Origin: an uncultured delta proteobacterium
GTDB taxonomy: Bacteria; Desulfobacterota; Desulfobacteria; Desulfobacterales; B30-G6
Length of the DNA: 64,000 nt
NCBI GenBank assembly: GCA_963823335.1
Contig: CAWGLD010000004.1
Span: forward strand, 192,001-256,000
Direction: 5' to 3'
The position numbers and the translations under genes are program-made. The notes below the pieces were generated by a model. That model worked only from the letters and a program-made list of their open reading frames with translations, was not told the origin of the DNA and did no database searches. This document shows, in pieces, positions 9,459 through 19,325 of this stretch (within the stretch, counting starts at the first letter, position 1; the number at the start of each line of letters is the position of its first letter).

Positions 9459-10622
9459 ATGATGAAAAATGACCAGGAAAAAAAATTAGACAATCTCTAC
9501 AAACGTTACCTGAACGGAGACATTCATCGAAGAGATTTTATCAGATATTTAGGCATGGCTGGTGTTGCGGCAGGTCTGGTAGGGGGACCGTTTACGCCTT
9601 TTATCCGGGATGCCTTCGCGGCCAATTCGATTCGTTTCGATGGCTGGGGCGGTGTTGTGTCCGAATCCTTCCGTGAACACGCCTTTAATCCTTTTGAAAA
9701 AGCCACAGGTGCCAAGGTAATCGATGGGGAATTCGGTGATATGGATACCTATCTGACACGGGTCAAGGCATCCTTTCCGCCGGGAGGAGAGTTTAACCTG
9801 GCGCATCTGAGTGGTGTTTTCGATTATGCCAGATATGTGGGTCTCGGATATGATCTGGTACTGGATGAGAGCAAAATCCCCAACCTGAAAAACGTCATGA
9901 CCGCCATGATGGAACCTTATCGGGCCGTTACCAACGGGAAATTATCCGCAGTTCCTTATGATTACGGCCAGACGGGTATTGCCTATAACACCAAACACAT
10001 TTCCAAGGACAAGGCTGAAAAACTGGGTGCTTCCCTGCTTTGGGACAAGGATCTCGACAAGAAACTGGGAAGCTGGGGTGATTGGCGCACCAATATCTGG
10101 TATGGCGCATTGCACACCGGTCAGAATCCGAACAAAATTACCGATCTGAATGCTGTGTGGGATGCATTGCAAAAACAGGTTCCCATGATCAAGAAATACT
10201 GGGGTTCAGGTGCGGAACTAATGAGTCTGCTGGCCAATGAGGAGATTTACGCCACCGTGGCATGGTCTGGCCGCGTGGCTGCGCTACAGGCCCAGGGGCA
10301 TCCCATTGGATTCCTTTCTCCCCACAACTGTTATTCATGGCAGGAATGTATTTTCGTCATCAAGGGCACAGATCTGGATCTGGCCCACAAACTCTTGAAC
10401 TACATGCTGGATCCCAAGGCGGCCATCGCCGTGGCTGTTGGTCAAAAATATCCTTCTAGCCTTGATCCAACCAAGGTTCCCATGCCGGATGAGGTCAAGA
10501 AACTGCCCGCCTTCGATCCTACCGGAAAACTAGACGGCTATCTCTTTGCCGATCCTGCCTACTGGAACGGTCACCAAGTGGAATTTGCCGAGAAATGGGA
10601 CCGCATCAAGGCCGGTGGTTAA
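9459..10622 (+). CDS. ABC substrate-binding protein, PotD/PotF-like, Tat-exported
   Basis: HRRDFI twin-arginine signal, RBS GAAAGGAG, VPYDYGQTGIAYN. Confidence 0.88.
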   Translation: MMKNDQEKKLDNLYKRYLNGDIHRRDFIRYLGMAGVAAGLVGGPFTPFIRDAFAANSIRFDGWGGVVSESFREHAFNPFEKATGAKVIDGEFGDMDTYLTRVKASFPPGGEFNLAHLSGVFDYARYVGLGYDLVLDESKIPNLKNVMTAMMEPYRAVTNGKLSAVPYDYGQTGIAYNTKHISKDKAEKLGASLLWDKDLDKKLGSWGDWRTNIWYGALHTGQNPNKITDLNAVWDALQKQVPMIKKYWGSGAELMSLLANEEIYATVAWSGRVAALQAQGHPIGFLSPHNCYSWQECIFVIKGTDLDLAHKLLNYMLDPKAAIAVAVGQKYPSSLDPTKVPMPDEVKKLPAFDPTGKLDGYLFADPAYWNGHQVEFAEKWDRIKAGG

Positions 10623-10714
10623 GACCTGAATCTTTTGGTGAGTATAGCTGAGTCTGCTATGCTTTTGATCGGCCCCTGCAAAACATGAAAAAGGGGTTTT
10701 GCGGCAAATTGCAG

Positions 10715-10810
10715 GAATGCTGAAATAATGGAATGATGGGTATTGGATATGCGGGAGACCTCCTACAATATCAATATCCCATCATTCCAGGGTTCTCTTA
10801 TTCCAGCACG
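10715..10810. repeat. inverted pair of degenerate 8-mer arrays (TGGAATRA / CATTCCA)
   Basis: ggaatgctgaaataatggaatgatgggtattg...caatatcccatcattccag...ttattccagca forms a long imperfect hairpin. Confidence 0.6.
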
Positions 10811-10832
10811 ATATTTTGTTGGATAAGGACAG

Positions 10833-10907
10833 TTGAAGAACCTCGCAGCATGCGAAGCACTGCCGAAGGGCAGAACCTACGGGGAATGCGCTCGCTTTTG
10901 CGGTTCA
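10833..10907 (-). mobile_element. non-autonomous IS200/IS605-like palindromic element (75-nt form)
   Basis: Near-identical to 4154-4228. Confidence 0.75.
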
Positions 10908-10947
10908 TTGCTCAATCCCCTGTTCGTATATGATGAGAGGAAATACC

Positions 10948-12060
10948 GTGGAGAAACAAGAAACTGTCCCTGCCGTTCATCTAAAAGGGGTCTATAAACG
11001 GTTCGGCAAAGTCGTAGCGGTTCAAAAGATGGATCTTGAATTTGAGGAAGGTACCCTGGTGACCCTCCTCGGACCTTCGGGCTGCGGGAAAACCACTATT
11101 TTGCGAATGATTGCCGGATTGGAATCGCCCACGGAAGGAGACATCTATATCAAGGGAAAGCGGGTCAACGACATCCCGATCCATAAACGCAACCTGGGTA
11201 TGATTTTTCAGAATTATGCCCTTTTCCCTCACAAGACGATTTTTGACAATGTCGCCTTCGGTTTAAAATATCGGGATGTTCCTAAAAATGAAGTGCCGGG
11301 AAAAGTCAAAAAAGCATTGGAAATGGTACGGCTCCCCGGTGTTGAAAACCGCATGCCATCGCAATTGTCCGGCGGTCAGCAGCAACGCATTGCCATGGCA
11401 CGCGCCATCGTGATCGAACCCGATGTCCTCTTAATGGACGAACCACTGTCGGCACTGGATGAAAATCTTCGCGAAGAAATGCGCCGGGAAATCGACAACC
11501 TTCAGCAGTTGCTGGGTGTAACGACTGTTTTTGTAACCCATGACCAGCGCGAAGCGTTGTCCATGTCCGATAAAATTCTGGTCATGAACAATGGGCTCAA
11601 ACAGCAGGAAGGGAGCCCTGAAGAGGTTTACAATTTTCCTGCAAACCATTTTGTGGCGGATTTTCTGGGGCACTCCAATTTTTTTAAGGGAGTTGTGTCA
11701 GACAATATCGGCGACAGGGTCCGTCTTCAGTTGCAGGACGGCAACACATTTGAGGTCATCCATCCGGGGTCCTGGAATAAAAATGACCCCGTCGAGCTGG
11801 TGGTAAGAGCGCAAAACTTCAAAGTTACCCAAAAAGATACGCCACCACCTGAAGCAAATATGAATTCTTTCAATGGCACCATCAAGGATCGCAGCTATAT
11901 GGGTGGCGAAGTCAGCTATTTCGTAGAGCTGGAAAACGGCACCCAGGTGCATGCCATCGGTATCGCAAAATTGAACCCCATTAGAAAGGGTGCCGCCATT
12001 TGTGTTCATGTGGCGCCCAGGCACTGTGGTTTGCTCAAGATCGATATCCCTACCCCATGA
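10948..12060 (+). CDS. ABC transporter ATP-binding protein, PotA-like
   Basis: GPSGCGKT, LSGGQQQR, LLMDEP, TOBE-like tail. GTG start inferred from the RBS GAGG. Confidence 0.92.
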   Translation: MEKQETVPAVHLKGVYKRFGKVVAVQKMDLEFEEGTLVTLLGPSGCGKTTILRMIAGLESPTEGDIYIKGKRVNDIPIHKRNLGMIFQNYALFPHKTIFDNVAFGLKYRDVPKNEVPGKVKKALEMVRLPGVENRMPSQLSGGQQQRIAMARAIVIEPDVLLMDEPLSALDENLREEMRREIDNLQQLLGVTTVFVTHDQREALSMSDKILVMNNGLKQQEGSPEEVYNFPANHFVADFLGHSNFFKGVVSDNIGDRVRLQLQDGNTFEVIHPGSWNKNDPVELVVRAQNFKVTQKDTPPPEANMNSFNGTIKDRSYMGGEVSYFVELENGTQVHAIGIAKLNPIRKGAAICVHVAPRHCGLLKIDIPTP

Positions 12061-12216
12061 TTTACCTGCTTCCGGGCCTCGATAAACCCTATTGTTGCAC
12101 AAACAACATGACAAAGTAAATATCCCGTTTTTTCCGAATTGGAACTCCCCGCCACAAGCAGCGGGGATTGTTCTGTCGTGCGGCAGTGCTTCGCAGCGAC
12201 CGTAAAGAATTCTGTC

Positions 12217-12318
12217 TATAGGGGTTGTCAGAAAAACGTTCCGATTGAGGACTTTTTTCTGCTACAACCCCTTATGCCGCCATCCTATTTTCGGAACATA
12301 ATTATGACAAGCGGTATA
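12217..12318. mobile_element. ~100-bp MITE with TATA ends and imperfect terminal inverted repeats (IS630-like)
   Basis: TATAGGGGTTGTCA...TGACAAGCGGTATA; second copy at 23975-24077. Confidence 0.65.
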
Positions 12319-12321
12319 ATT

Positions 12322-12450
12322 TTGATTGTTCTACAAACCGCGTGCTTGGCACGCGGTTCCGAACCTGAACTTACGGAGACGTGCCGTCTCCTTTGTTTTC
12401 CCCCATTTTGGGGGAAATCCAAGCCACCCGTTTCACGGGTGGTAGTTGAC
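12322..12450 (-). mobile_element. ~130-bp structured element beginning GTCAACTACC and ending TCAA
   Basis: Reverse complement aligns end to end with 21673-21802. Confidence 0.75.
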
Positions 12451-12561
12451 TCGCTCACTATTGCGGTTCATTTTCTCTGCCCTCCGCACACTTCACGCAG
12501 AGGACCCGTTTTAAATTTTAATAATTTGTGATATGTTTCGCGCTACCAAGGAGGCCTTTAC

Positions 12562-13599
12562 GTGGACCACAAAAAACTTACACAAGTGCTAAGAAACACC
12601 TATCCCTCCCATATAACGACCATTGATTCTCATACCGCCGGGGAACCAACGCGTTTGATCGTCGGCGGTACAGGCCCTGTGTCGGGTCACACCATGAAGG
12701 AAAAACGCTTGTATTTCATGGAAAACTACGACCATATCCGTCTACAGCTCACCCGGGAAACACGGGGGCATCGGGATATGTTTGCAGCATTTCTGACTGA
12801 ACCCGTAACCCAAGGGGCTCATTTCGGTCTGATCTATATGGACCCCCGACGATATCCATTCCTTTGCGGTCATGCAACCATGGGGGCGGTTATGACATTG
12901 ATCACGGCCGGTGCCATACCCCACACAGCCGATGTCATACCTGTTATTGTGGACACCCCGTCAGGTCCCATGGAGACCACGGCCTACCTGCGGGATGGCC
13001 ATGTTGAATCGGTTGGCATCAAGATGGTGCCCTCTTTTGTTTACAAGGATAACGAACAGCTCGAACTCGCTGAATACGGTATGGTCTCAGCCGCGACGGT
13101 CTGCGTGGGCGGATTTTTTGTCATGGTATCTGCAGATGAAATCGGGCTCGATTGGACCCCCGCCAACAGACCCCGTTTTATCGATCTGGGTATGAAGCTC
13201 ATCGAAGCAGCCAATCAACAATTGCTTGTCCGTCATCCCACGCGACCGGAAGTCAATACCGTCGATGTGACCGAGTTCTACTATCCTGCCGGGGATGCAC
13301 GAGGACATGGAAAAAGCATCGTGGTTTACGGTGAAGAACATATGGATCGTTCCCCTTGCGGTACCGGAACCGCCGCCAAAATGACCTTGATGCATCACCG
13401 CGGTCAATTAGGGCTCCACAAGCCATTCATCAACACCAGTCCCCTGGGAACAACCTTCGAGGGCCGACTTGTGGAAGCCGTCGCTGTGGGAAACATGCCC
13501 GCCGTGATTGCAGAAATCAAGGGTAGTGCCTTTGTCACCGGAATTCATGAATTCATCGTGGACCCAAAAGACCCCTTGCAGGAAGGATACCTATTATGA
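12562..13599 (+). CDS. proline racemase family protein (Cys/Cys active site)
   Basis: DSHTAGEPTR, LCGH, DRSPCGTG; RBS AAGGAGG with GTG start. Confidence 0.92.
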   Translation: MDHKKLTQVLRNTYPSHITTIDSHTAGEPTRLIVGGTGPVSGHTMKEKRLYFMENYDHIRLQLTRETRGHRDMFAAFLTEPVTQGAHFGLIYMDPRRYPFLCGHATMGAVMTLITAGAIPHTADVIPVIVDTPSGPMETTAYLRDGHVESVGIKMVPSFVYKDNEQLELAEYGMVSAATVCVGGFFVMVSADEIGLDWTPANRPRFIDLGMKLIEAANQQLLVRHPTRPEVNTVDVTEFYYPAGDARGHGKSIVVYGEEHMDRSPCGTGTAAKMTLMHHRGQLGLHKPFINTSPLGTTFEGRLVEAVAVGNMPAVIAEIKGSAFVTGIHEFIVDPKDPLQEGYLL

Positions 13600-15242
13600 A
13601 GCCTCAAACGATTTGTCCGGACATGGTGTTACTGAACGGAACAATCCATACCATGGACACCCAAACCCCCCAGGCCCGGGCCGTCGCTGTCAGGGCCGGG
13701 CAAATAATGGCGGTCGGCGGAAACAAAGAGATATCCGCCCTGGCAGATTCATCCACAAAGAGAATCGATCTCAAAGGAAGACTTGTTTTGCCGGGCATGA
13801 TGGATTCTCATTTCCATTTTTATGACTGGGCCATGGGGAGAAAACAGCTCGAGCTGTCCGGTGAGACTTCCCTGGAGCAATTGCTTGTTAAGGTTGCCGG
13901 ATCCGCCCGGGAGATTTCCGACGGAAGCTGGATTCTGGGCCAGGGCTGGAACGAATCAGACTGGTCTGAGCACAGCATGCCCGACAGGGCCCGTCTGGAT
14001 GCCGTCGCACCAAACCACCCCGTGGCGCTCTGGCGCTGCGATCTTCATCTTGTAGCCGTAAATTCCATGGCATTGAACCTGGCGGGCATCGGCAAAGACA
14101 CCCCAAATCCAGAGGATGGCATCATCGAAAAAGATGCATCAGGCGAACCCACGGGCATTCTGCGGGAACTGGCGCCCAATCTGATCAAGGCCGTCATCCC
14201 CGATCCTGGGAGCAGAGCAATCGTAGCAGCCATGCAGGACGGCATTTCTCACCTGCATTCACTGGGGTTGACAGGTATTCATGATGTCCGACTCATGGGA
14301 GGACTTGAAGGCGCGTCTGCCTTAAAGGCCTGGCAGCTGTTGAACGAGAGCCGTGATCTCACACTGCGGTGCTGGGTCAGTCTGCCCGGTGAACGACTGC
14401 AAGAAGCTGTCGCCTTGGGGTTGAGAACCGGCATGGGTGATGACCGTCTTCGCATCGGGCACCTCAAATACTTTGCAGACGGCGGCATGGGTGCACGAAC
14501 CGCCTGGATGATCGAACCCTACCTGGATGCCGGATATGGTATGCCCCTGTCATCCATAGACGAGCTCAAACGTGCGGTACAGACCGCAGAAAAGGCAGGA
14601 CTGGCCGTCATCATACACGCCATCGGTGACCGTACAAACCGTGAAATCATTACCCTGTTCGAAGAATTGGCAGCAACACGCAAAGACAATGATGCGGAAT
14701 CCTACGCCCCTCCGCTGCTGCCGCACCGGATCGAACATACCCAGATGATCCGCTCCGAGGACATCAGACGCCTGGCCAATCTCGGTGTAGCCGCATGCGT
14801 TCAACCTCACAACATGATTCTGGATATCAACATGATCCATGCGTCGGTAGGGTCTCTCGGACGGCACACCTACGCCTACAGGGAGATGATCGACGCCGGC
14901 GTTCCCATAATGTTCAGCTCCGATGCACCGGTATGCGATCCAAGCCCCCTGGTGGGGATTCATGCTGCCGTCACGCGTCAGCGCCGGGATGGCACCCCTC
15001 AAGGCGGGTGGTATCCGGATCAGCGAATCAGCGTGGAGCAGTCGGTCCGGGGCTACACAACAGTCCCAGCTAACTTTTACGGCCGCTCCCATGAATTGGG
15101 GTCGCTTACACCAGGAAAGAAGGCGGACATCATCGTCTTGAACCGGAATATTTTTGAAATCGATCCCATGGAAATTATCGAAACACAGGTGGACGTAACC
15201 CTTTTCGACGGCCGGGTCGTTTATGCGCGGGGAGCCCTATAA
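13596..15242 (+). CDS. amidohydrolase (YtcJ / Amidohydro_3-like)
   Basis: PGMMDSHFH, KYFADG, HAIGD, RIEH, SSDAPV; ATGA overlap with the upstream gene. Confidence 0.92.
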   Translation: MKPQTICPDMVLLNGTIHTMDTQTPQARAVAVRAGQIMAVGGNKEISALADSSTKRIDLKGRLVLPGMMDSHFHFYDWAMGRKQLELSGETSLEQLLVKVAGSAREISDGSWILGQGWNESDWSEHSMPDRARLDAVAPNHPVALWRCDLHLVAVNSMALNLAGIGKDTPNPEDGIIEKDASGEPTGILRELAPNLIKAVIPDPGSRAIVAAMQDGISHLHSLGLTGIHDVRLMGGLEGASALKAWQLLNESRDLTLRCWVSLPGERLQEAVALGLRTGMGDDRLRIGHLKYFADGGMGARTAWMIEPYLDAGYGMPLSSIDELKRAVQTAEKAGLAVIIHAIGDRTNREIITLFEELAATRKDNDAESYAPPLLPHRIEHTQMIRSEDIRRLANLGVAACVQPHNMILDINMIHASVGSLGRHTYAYREMIDAGVPIMFSSDAPVCDPSPLVGIHAAVTRQRRDGTPQGGWYPDQRISVEQSVRGYTTVPANFYGRSHELGSLTPGKKADIIVLNRNIFEIDPMEIIETQVDVTLFDGRVVYARGAL

Positions 15243-15260
15243 AAGAGACGATCAATACGG

Positions 15261-15779
15261 CTACGGTGTGCCGGGATGGTAATATCCGCCGGGAGGTGTG
15301 GTAACCCTATTTCTCGGATACGGACCGATTGCCCTTTGGGGAATGACATATACTTCACGATAGCGCTGCTTCTCCGATGCAGTCGCCTGTGCTTCCTGGG
15401 CCGCCTTCATGGCTTCTTGCGCTTTTTTTTGGGCGTCCCTCGACTGGCGCTCGGCTTTTTCGAGACGTATTTTCAATGCCTCGGTTTCCGCTGTTTCTTT
15501 TTTCTTCCGTTGCTGGGCGGTAAGCTCTTGCATCATTTGTCGATGCGCCTCGTCATGCTTTTTGTCAGCAATTTTGTCGTGGGGGATTTCACTTGCCACC
15601 TGGACGTCTGCAAAATGCTGCGGGGGACTGTCGCTGAAATGTCTGACACCCTGTTCGTCGGTCCAGGAATAGATCTCCGCCCTGGCTGATAAAACAAACA
15701 AAACAATCAACAAAGGTGTCAAGCTTAACAAGATCCGTGCCCCGGCCTGCGATCGGCTTTTTTTTTGTGGTTTGGACAT
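15261..15779 (-). CDS. DUF4124 domain exported protein
   Basis: Signal peptide followed by AEIYSWTDEQGVRHFSDSPP and a coiled coil. Confidence 0.85.
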   Translation of the reverse strand: MSKPQKKSRSQAGARILLSLTPLLIVLFVLSARAEIYSWTDEQGVRHFSDSPPQHFADVQVASEIPHDKIADKKHDEAHRQMMQELTAQQRKKKETAETEALKIRLEKAERQSRDAQKKAQEAMKAAQEAQATASEKQRYREVYVIPQRAIGPYPRNRVTTPPGGYYHPGTP

Positions 15780-15826
15780 CTGCAGATATCTTTTTTATAA
15801 AACCTATGTTGAGCGGTTCAAATGAA

Positions 15827-18295
15827 TCAGGTCATAAGAAATTCGGTGGTGTTGATCAGTCCTGAGACCGGAACAACGGGGTGGCCGTCATCATCGATTG
15901 TGACATGTCCCGGAAACTCAAATTCGGGATCCATGCTTTTATAATAATCTAGGGTGTAGGGCAGTAAGGCCAATCGCAGCTGTCCGTTGTCAGTCGAAAT
16001 TTTCGAGGTCAAACCAAAATCCACATCCCCCAGTTCCGTCAATATCACATAGCGTGGTATTTCCCTGCCGCTGCCGTCCCTCCGGATTCGGGTAGCAATG
16101 TCGATTACATCCTGCAGATCCACAGGATGTTTGGTGCTCCACGCTTTCTGGAGGGGCCATCCTGCTACATAGATATGGTGAAATTCGATGCCGATATGTC
16201 TCAAACCAAAGGCCAGGCTGTGAATTTTGTCCGCGGTATCATTGACGGTCGCCAGCAACGGTGTGTTGCTGTAGACTGTGATACCCTTATTTTTCAAGAC
16301 TCTCACCAGTTTTTCGTGGATCGGTTTGATTTCGTTTGAATGCAGGAACTGGGTCTCGATTTCCAACCGCATTGGGTCTGCCACCGTCAACCGATTGAGG
16401 GAACCCAGAATATCGATCACACCCCGGGTGTATATTTCCGGGTGGTAGTTCAATTTGAGACTGCGCAACCTCACGGCGTTCACGTGATGAATTTCGCCAA
16501 TCCGGCCGACAAGGCCTTCGATTTGATACAGGTTTTCCATGGCATCCTGCCTGGAGGAAAAGACCACATCCGTGATCTTGTCGTCTTTGCGGATATAGTC
16601 GAGCTCCTGATCACCCGCTGTTGCATCCATCTCCACACGGGTTTCGTGTACTCTCAAAAGCTTTTTCGACGGTGTAGAAACTATGGCACAGCCAATTCTC
16701 TGATCTTTCAGGGCTATGGTCTGCAGCTCTTTCAAAGCGTCGTGGTCGGTGGCTGCGGTTTTGACGGGGCCCGCTTTCCGGGAACCTATAAACAACCTTT
16801 CATCGCCGATCTGAGCCATAAACCGGGCATCCAGGGTACCCTCGCTGTTTACGCGAACATTGTCAAACTTGTCCATTCGCTCAGCAAACGCCTTGAAGTA
16901 TTCCGGCGTGTAAGGTGTTCTGATCCAGATGAAGTGATCATCTGCCGCATCCTTTTCCACGGCCCACCCGCTGGAATGCCAGTCGATTTTCCCGATGGGT
17001 GTGGCCGTACAGATTCTGGGGATGACGCGATCCGAGAGATGAGCCCGGAGATATCTTGACACCTCCAATCCCTTTGAAATGGGGCTCCAGTAAACACTGT
17101 TGCCGTGAATCGGGCTGCAGGGAATATATATGTAGTGGAGTTCCGCGCCGGCCCCTCTTAACAGGCTGAAGAGTCTTGTGAGTTCCGGTCCTTTATCATT
17201 ACAGCCTTCCAGGAAAGGTGTCTGTATGTAAACCGCGATACCGCTTTTTACCAATTCGGAAATGAGATCCAGGCTGTCCAGGGAGATTTCGTCCGGATGG
17301 ATAAAATGGGTTGCAACCTCCAGCCGTTTCCCGGTCAGCTGCAATTCCAGATTTATCATCTTGAGATAGTTGAGCCAGAAAGCATCGTTGTCATAAAAAA
17401 GGTGCGGGTAATAGGATATAGAACGTGTAGCAAGGCGCAGGGTCTGAACATGCGGAACGTCCTTTAATCCATCGATGGCACTCATCATGTTTTCCTTGTT
17501 CAGAAACGGGTCACCACCGGTTATGACGATTTCCTTGACAGCGGATGATTGACCAATATGTTCGACCGCCTTTTTGACATCTGCCTGGGTCGGGTTCATC
17601 TGGTTTCGCGATTCTTTGTGTTTTCGAAAACAAAAACGGCAGTAGACCGGACAACTCATGTTCAGCAAAAAGATTACCCGGTTCTGATACATCTGTTCGA
17701 GCAATCCCTGATGGAACTGACCGATCCAGGTGTTGGTCTGCCCCACCGGGTCCAGTTCTTCCACAAAGGGGGCGTATTGATACGTGACGTTTTTGGATAT
17801 CCTCATCTGGCGCAGGGTATGCATCGAGAGGCGAACCGGATACGTGTCCATTACTTTCTGCAGCGCATCACGCTGGTTGCCAGGTACGGATTCATTGGCC
17901 AGCTTTTCATACCGGCTGACATCCCGGATGGAAATAAACCGGTTGCCCGGAAGGATCTTTTCGAGCATGGCCAGTACCAGAAGATTGGGCAGCATCACCT
18001 TGTTGACGAGCATGGGAACAGGGTCACTGCTGGTGGATCGGGTCAGTTTTTCGGTAATCTCGGCAAAAAAACCCTTTGGGTCATTCTGGTACCCGGCGAC
18101 CTGCAACAGTCTTTTGAATTTTGTTTCACCGTCGCCGTCACCCACGATATCGTGGAAGGTCTTTCCCAAAAGATACAGCCCGCTGAAATGGGCCAGGAAA
18201 TCCGTCACGCCGGTTACAAGCTCTGAAAGTGAGACTCGGCATATTTCCTGAGAGTTGACAAATTCCATGCGATAGATGGTTTCTTCCGTACCCAT
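15827..18295 (-). CDS. double-length KamA (lysine 2,3-aminomutase) family radical SAM protein
   Basis: CPVYCRFC, ITGGDP, THFIHPDEI, QTPFLEGCND; a second degenerate repeat (TQFLHSNEI, NTPLLATVND) lacks the Cys triad. Confidence 0.8.
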   Translation of the reverse strand: MGTEETIYRMEFVNSQEICRVSLSELVTGVTDFLAHFSGLYLLGKTFHDIVGDGDGETKFKRLLQVAGYQNDPKGFFAEITEKLTRSTSSDPVPMLVNKVMLPNLLVLAMLEKILPGNRFISIRDVSRYEKLANESVPGNQRDALQKVMDTYPVRLSMHTLRQMRISKNVTYQYAPFVEELDPVGQTNTWIGQFHQGLLEQMYQNRVIFLLNMSCPVYCRFCFRKHKESRNQMNPTQADVKKAVEHIGQSSAVKEIVITGGDPFLNKENMMSAIDGLKDVPHVQTLRLATRSISYYPHLFYDNDAFWLNYLKMINLELQLTGKRLEVATHFIHPDEISLDSLDLISELVKSGIAVYIQTPFLEGCNDKGPELTRLFSLLRGAGAELHYIYIPCSPIHGNSVYWSPISKGLEVSRYLRAHLSDRVIPRICTATPIGKIDWHSSGWAVEKDAADDHFIWIRTPYTPEYFKAFAERMDKFDNVRVNSEGTLDARFMAQIGDERLFIGSRKAGPVKTAATDHDALKELQTIALKDQRIGCAIVSTPSKKLLRVHETRVEMDATAGDQELDYIRKDDKITDVVFSSRQDAMENLYQIEGLVGRIGEIHHVNAVRLRSLKLNYHPEIYTRGVIDILGSLNRLTVADPMRLEIETQFLHSNEIKPIHEKLVRVLKNKGITVYSNTPLLATVNDTADKIHSLAFGLRHIGIEFHHIYVAGWPLQKAWSTKHPVDLQDVIDIATRIRRDGSGREIPRYVILTELGDVDFGLTSKISTDNGQLRLALLPYTLDYYKSMDPEFEFPGHVTIDDDGHPVVPVSGLINTTEFLMT

Positions 18296-18387
18296 ATTCT
18301 TCTCCTTCAAACAAATATTTTCAGGAATTATAACACAGTCAGCAACTGTGTCAATTTTTAGCCTGAAAAGCGCATTTAAGATAGCTT

Positions 18388-19239
18388 CTAATTGGGAGAG
18401 GCTCTTAATGGTTTATGCCAGACATTCATGCTTTCAATACGGCCTGAGATATTGGTATTGTTTAGGAGTGTCCCGCCAAAAGTATACCCCTTCCTCGCAA
18501 AAAGCATATTCATACCTGGAGAAAGCGCCCTGGCGATGCTAAAAGCGGTTCTGATGCCCTGTTCCGCCATATCCTGTTCCATGTTTTCCAGAAGACACCC
18601 TGCAAAACCCTGCCTACGGTATTCAGGCAGGGTTGCAAAATCCGTCATCTCCACCCCCTTGTGATCGGGATCGATTTCAGACGCGGCAATGGCATTGATC
18701 TGCCGGCGGTTCTCTATGCAAAAATATCTGGCCTGCTTTTTTTTCATAACGGTGGTCAGATAACCTTCATCGAATATAGGGAAAGGGTATGTCTTGAAGA
18801 CCGATTTAAATACCCGGCTCATTTTGACACCGTCTTCCGGTCTGCAGATACGGGTGTCCAGAAATTGCGTGCCCTTTTTTTTGGATGGGCGTTGTTGCTT
18901 TTTTTTGGCCAGAGATAGGATATCCTTGATCTGCTGCTGATGTGCTGTCTGTCTGCGACGTGAAGAGAAATATTTACACATAAAAACAGCATGTTCCCGG
19001 GTATTGAAGTATTGCGGTATAACAGCCTCCTGAACATAACCTTGTTTTTCATACGCCGGTTTGCTCCCCCATGGAACCTTGGCCAGGATTTTTTCATAGT
19101 GGTTGTCGTGGGCCAGTCGATCTAAGGCAGGCAGGATACGAAATGCATCCCGGTCATGATGTTTCATGAGGTAGACACGCCGGTTGTGGTGGCCGTGCTG
19201 GACAATCGATCGGCCGATTTTTTCGATAGTATCTGTCAT
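18388..19239 (-). CDS. ablB: putative beta-lysine N-acetyltransferase (GNAT)
   Basis: VFKTYPFPIFD, EMTDFATLPEYRRQG, ARALSPGMN, NNTNISGRIESMNVW; adjacent to a KamA-family gene. Confidence 0.85.
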   Translation of the reverse strand: MTDTIEKIGRSIVQHGHHNRRVYLMKHHDRDAFRILPALDRLAHDNHYEKILAKVPWGSKPAYEKQGYVQEAVIPQYFNTREHAVFMCKYFSSRRRQTAHQQQIKDILSLAKKKQQRPSKKKGTQFLDTRICRPEDGVKMSRVFKSVFKTYPFPIFDEGYLTTVMKKKQARYFCIENRRQINAIAASEIDPDHKGVEMTDFATLPEYRRQGFAGCLLENMEQDMAEQGIRTAFSIARALSPGMNMLFARKGYTFGGTLLNNTNISGRIESMNVWHKPLRASPN

Positions 19240-19325
19240 GTGCAGCAATCTCCTGTTCATTAGAGACATTACGAACCCAAGGTCCAGGCACCTGTTACTA
19301 TGGGTTCAATAAACGTTGAATGGCC

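Larger units (their letters stand above)
12139..12470 (-). mobile_element. long-form IS200/IS605-like element containing two nested insertions
   Basis: Outer parts align with 57124-57265; interrupted by 12217-12318 and 12322-12450. Confidence 0.7.

Noticed and set aside
12139-12531. 130-aa ORF, and similar ORFs at 4136, 10733, 24003 and 26244
   Set aside because: They are translations of repeat elements; the shared peptide strings reflect the DNA repeats.
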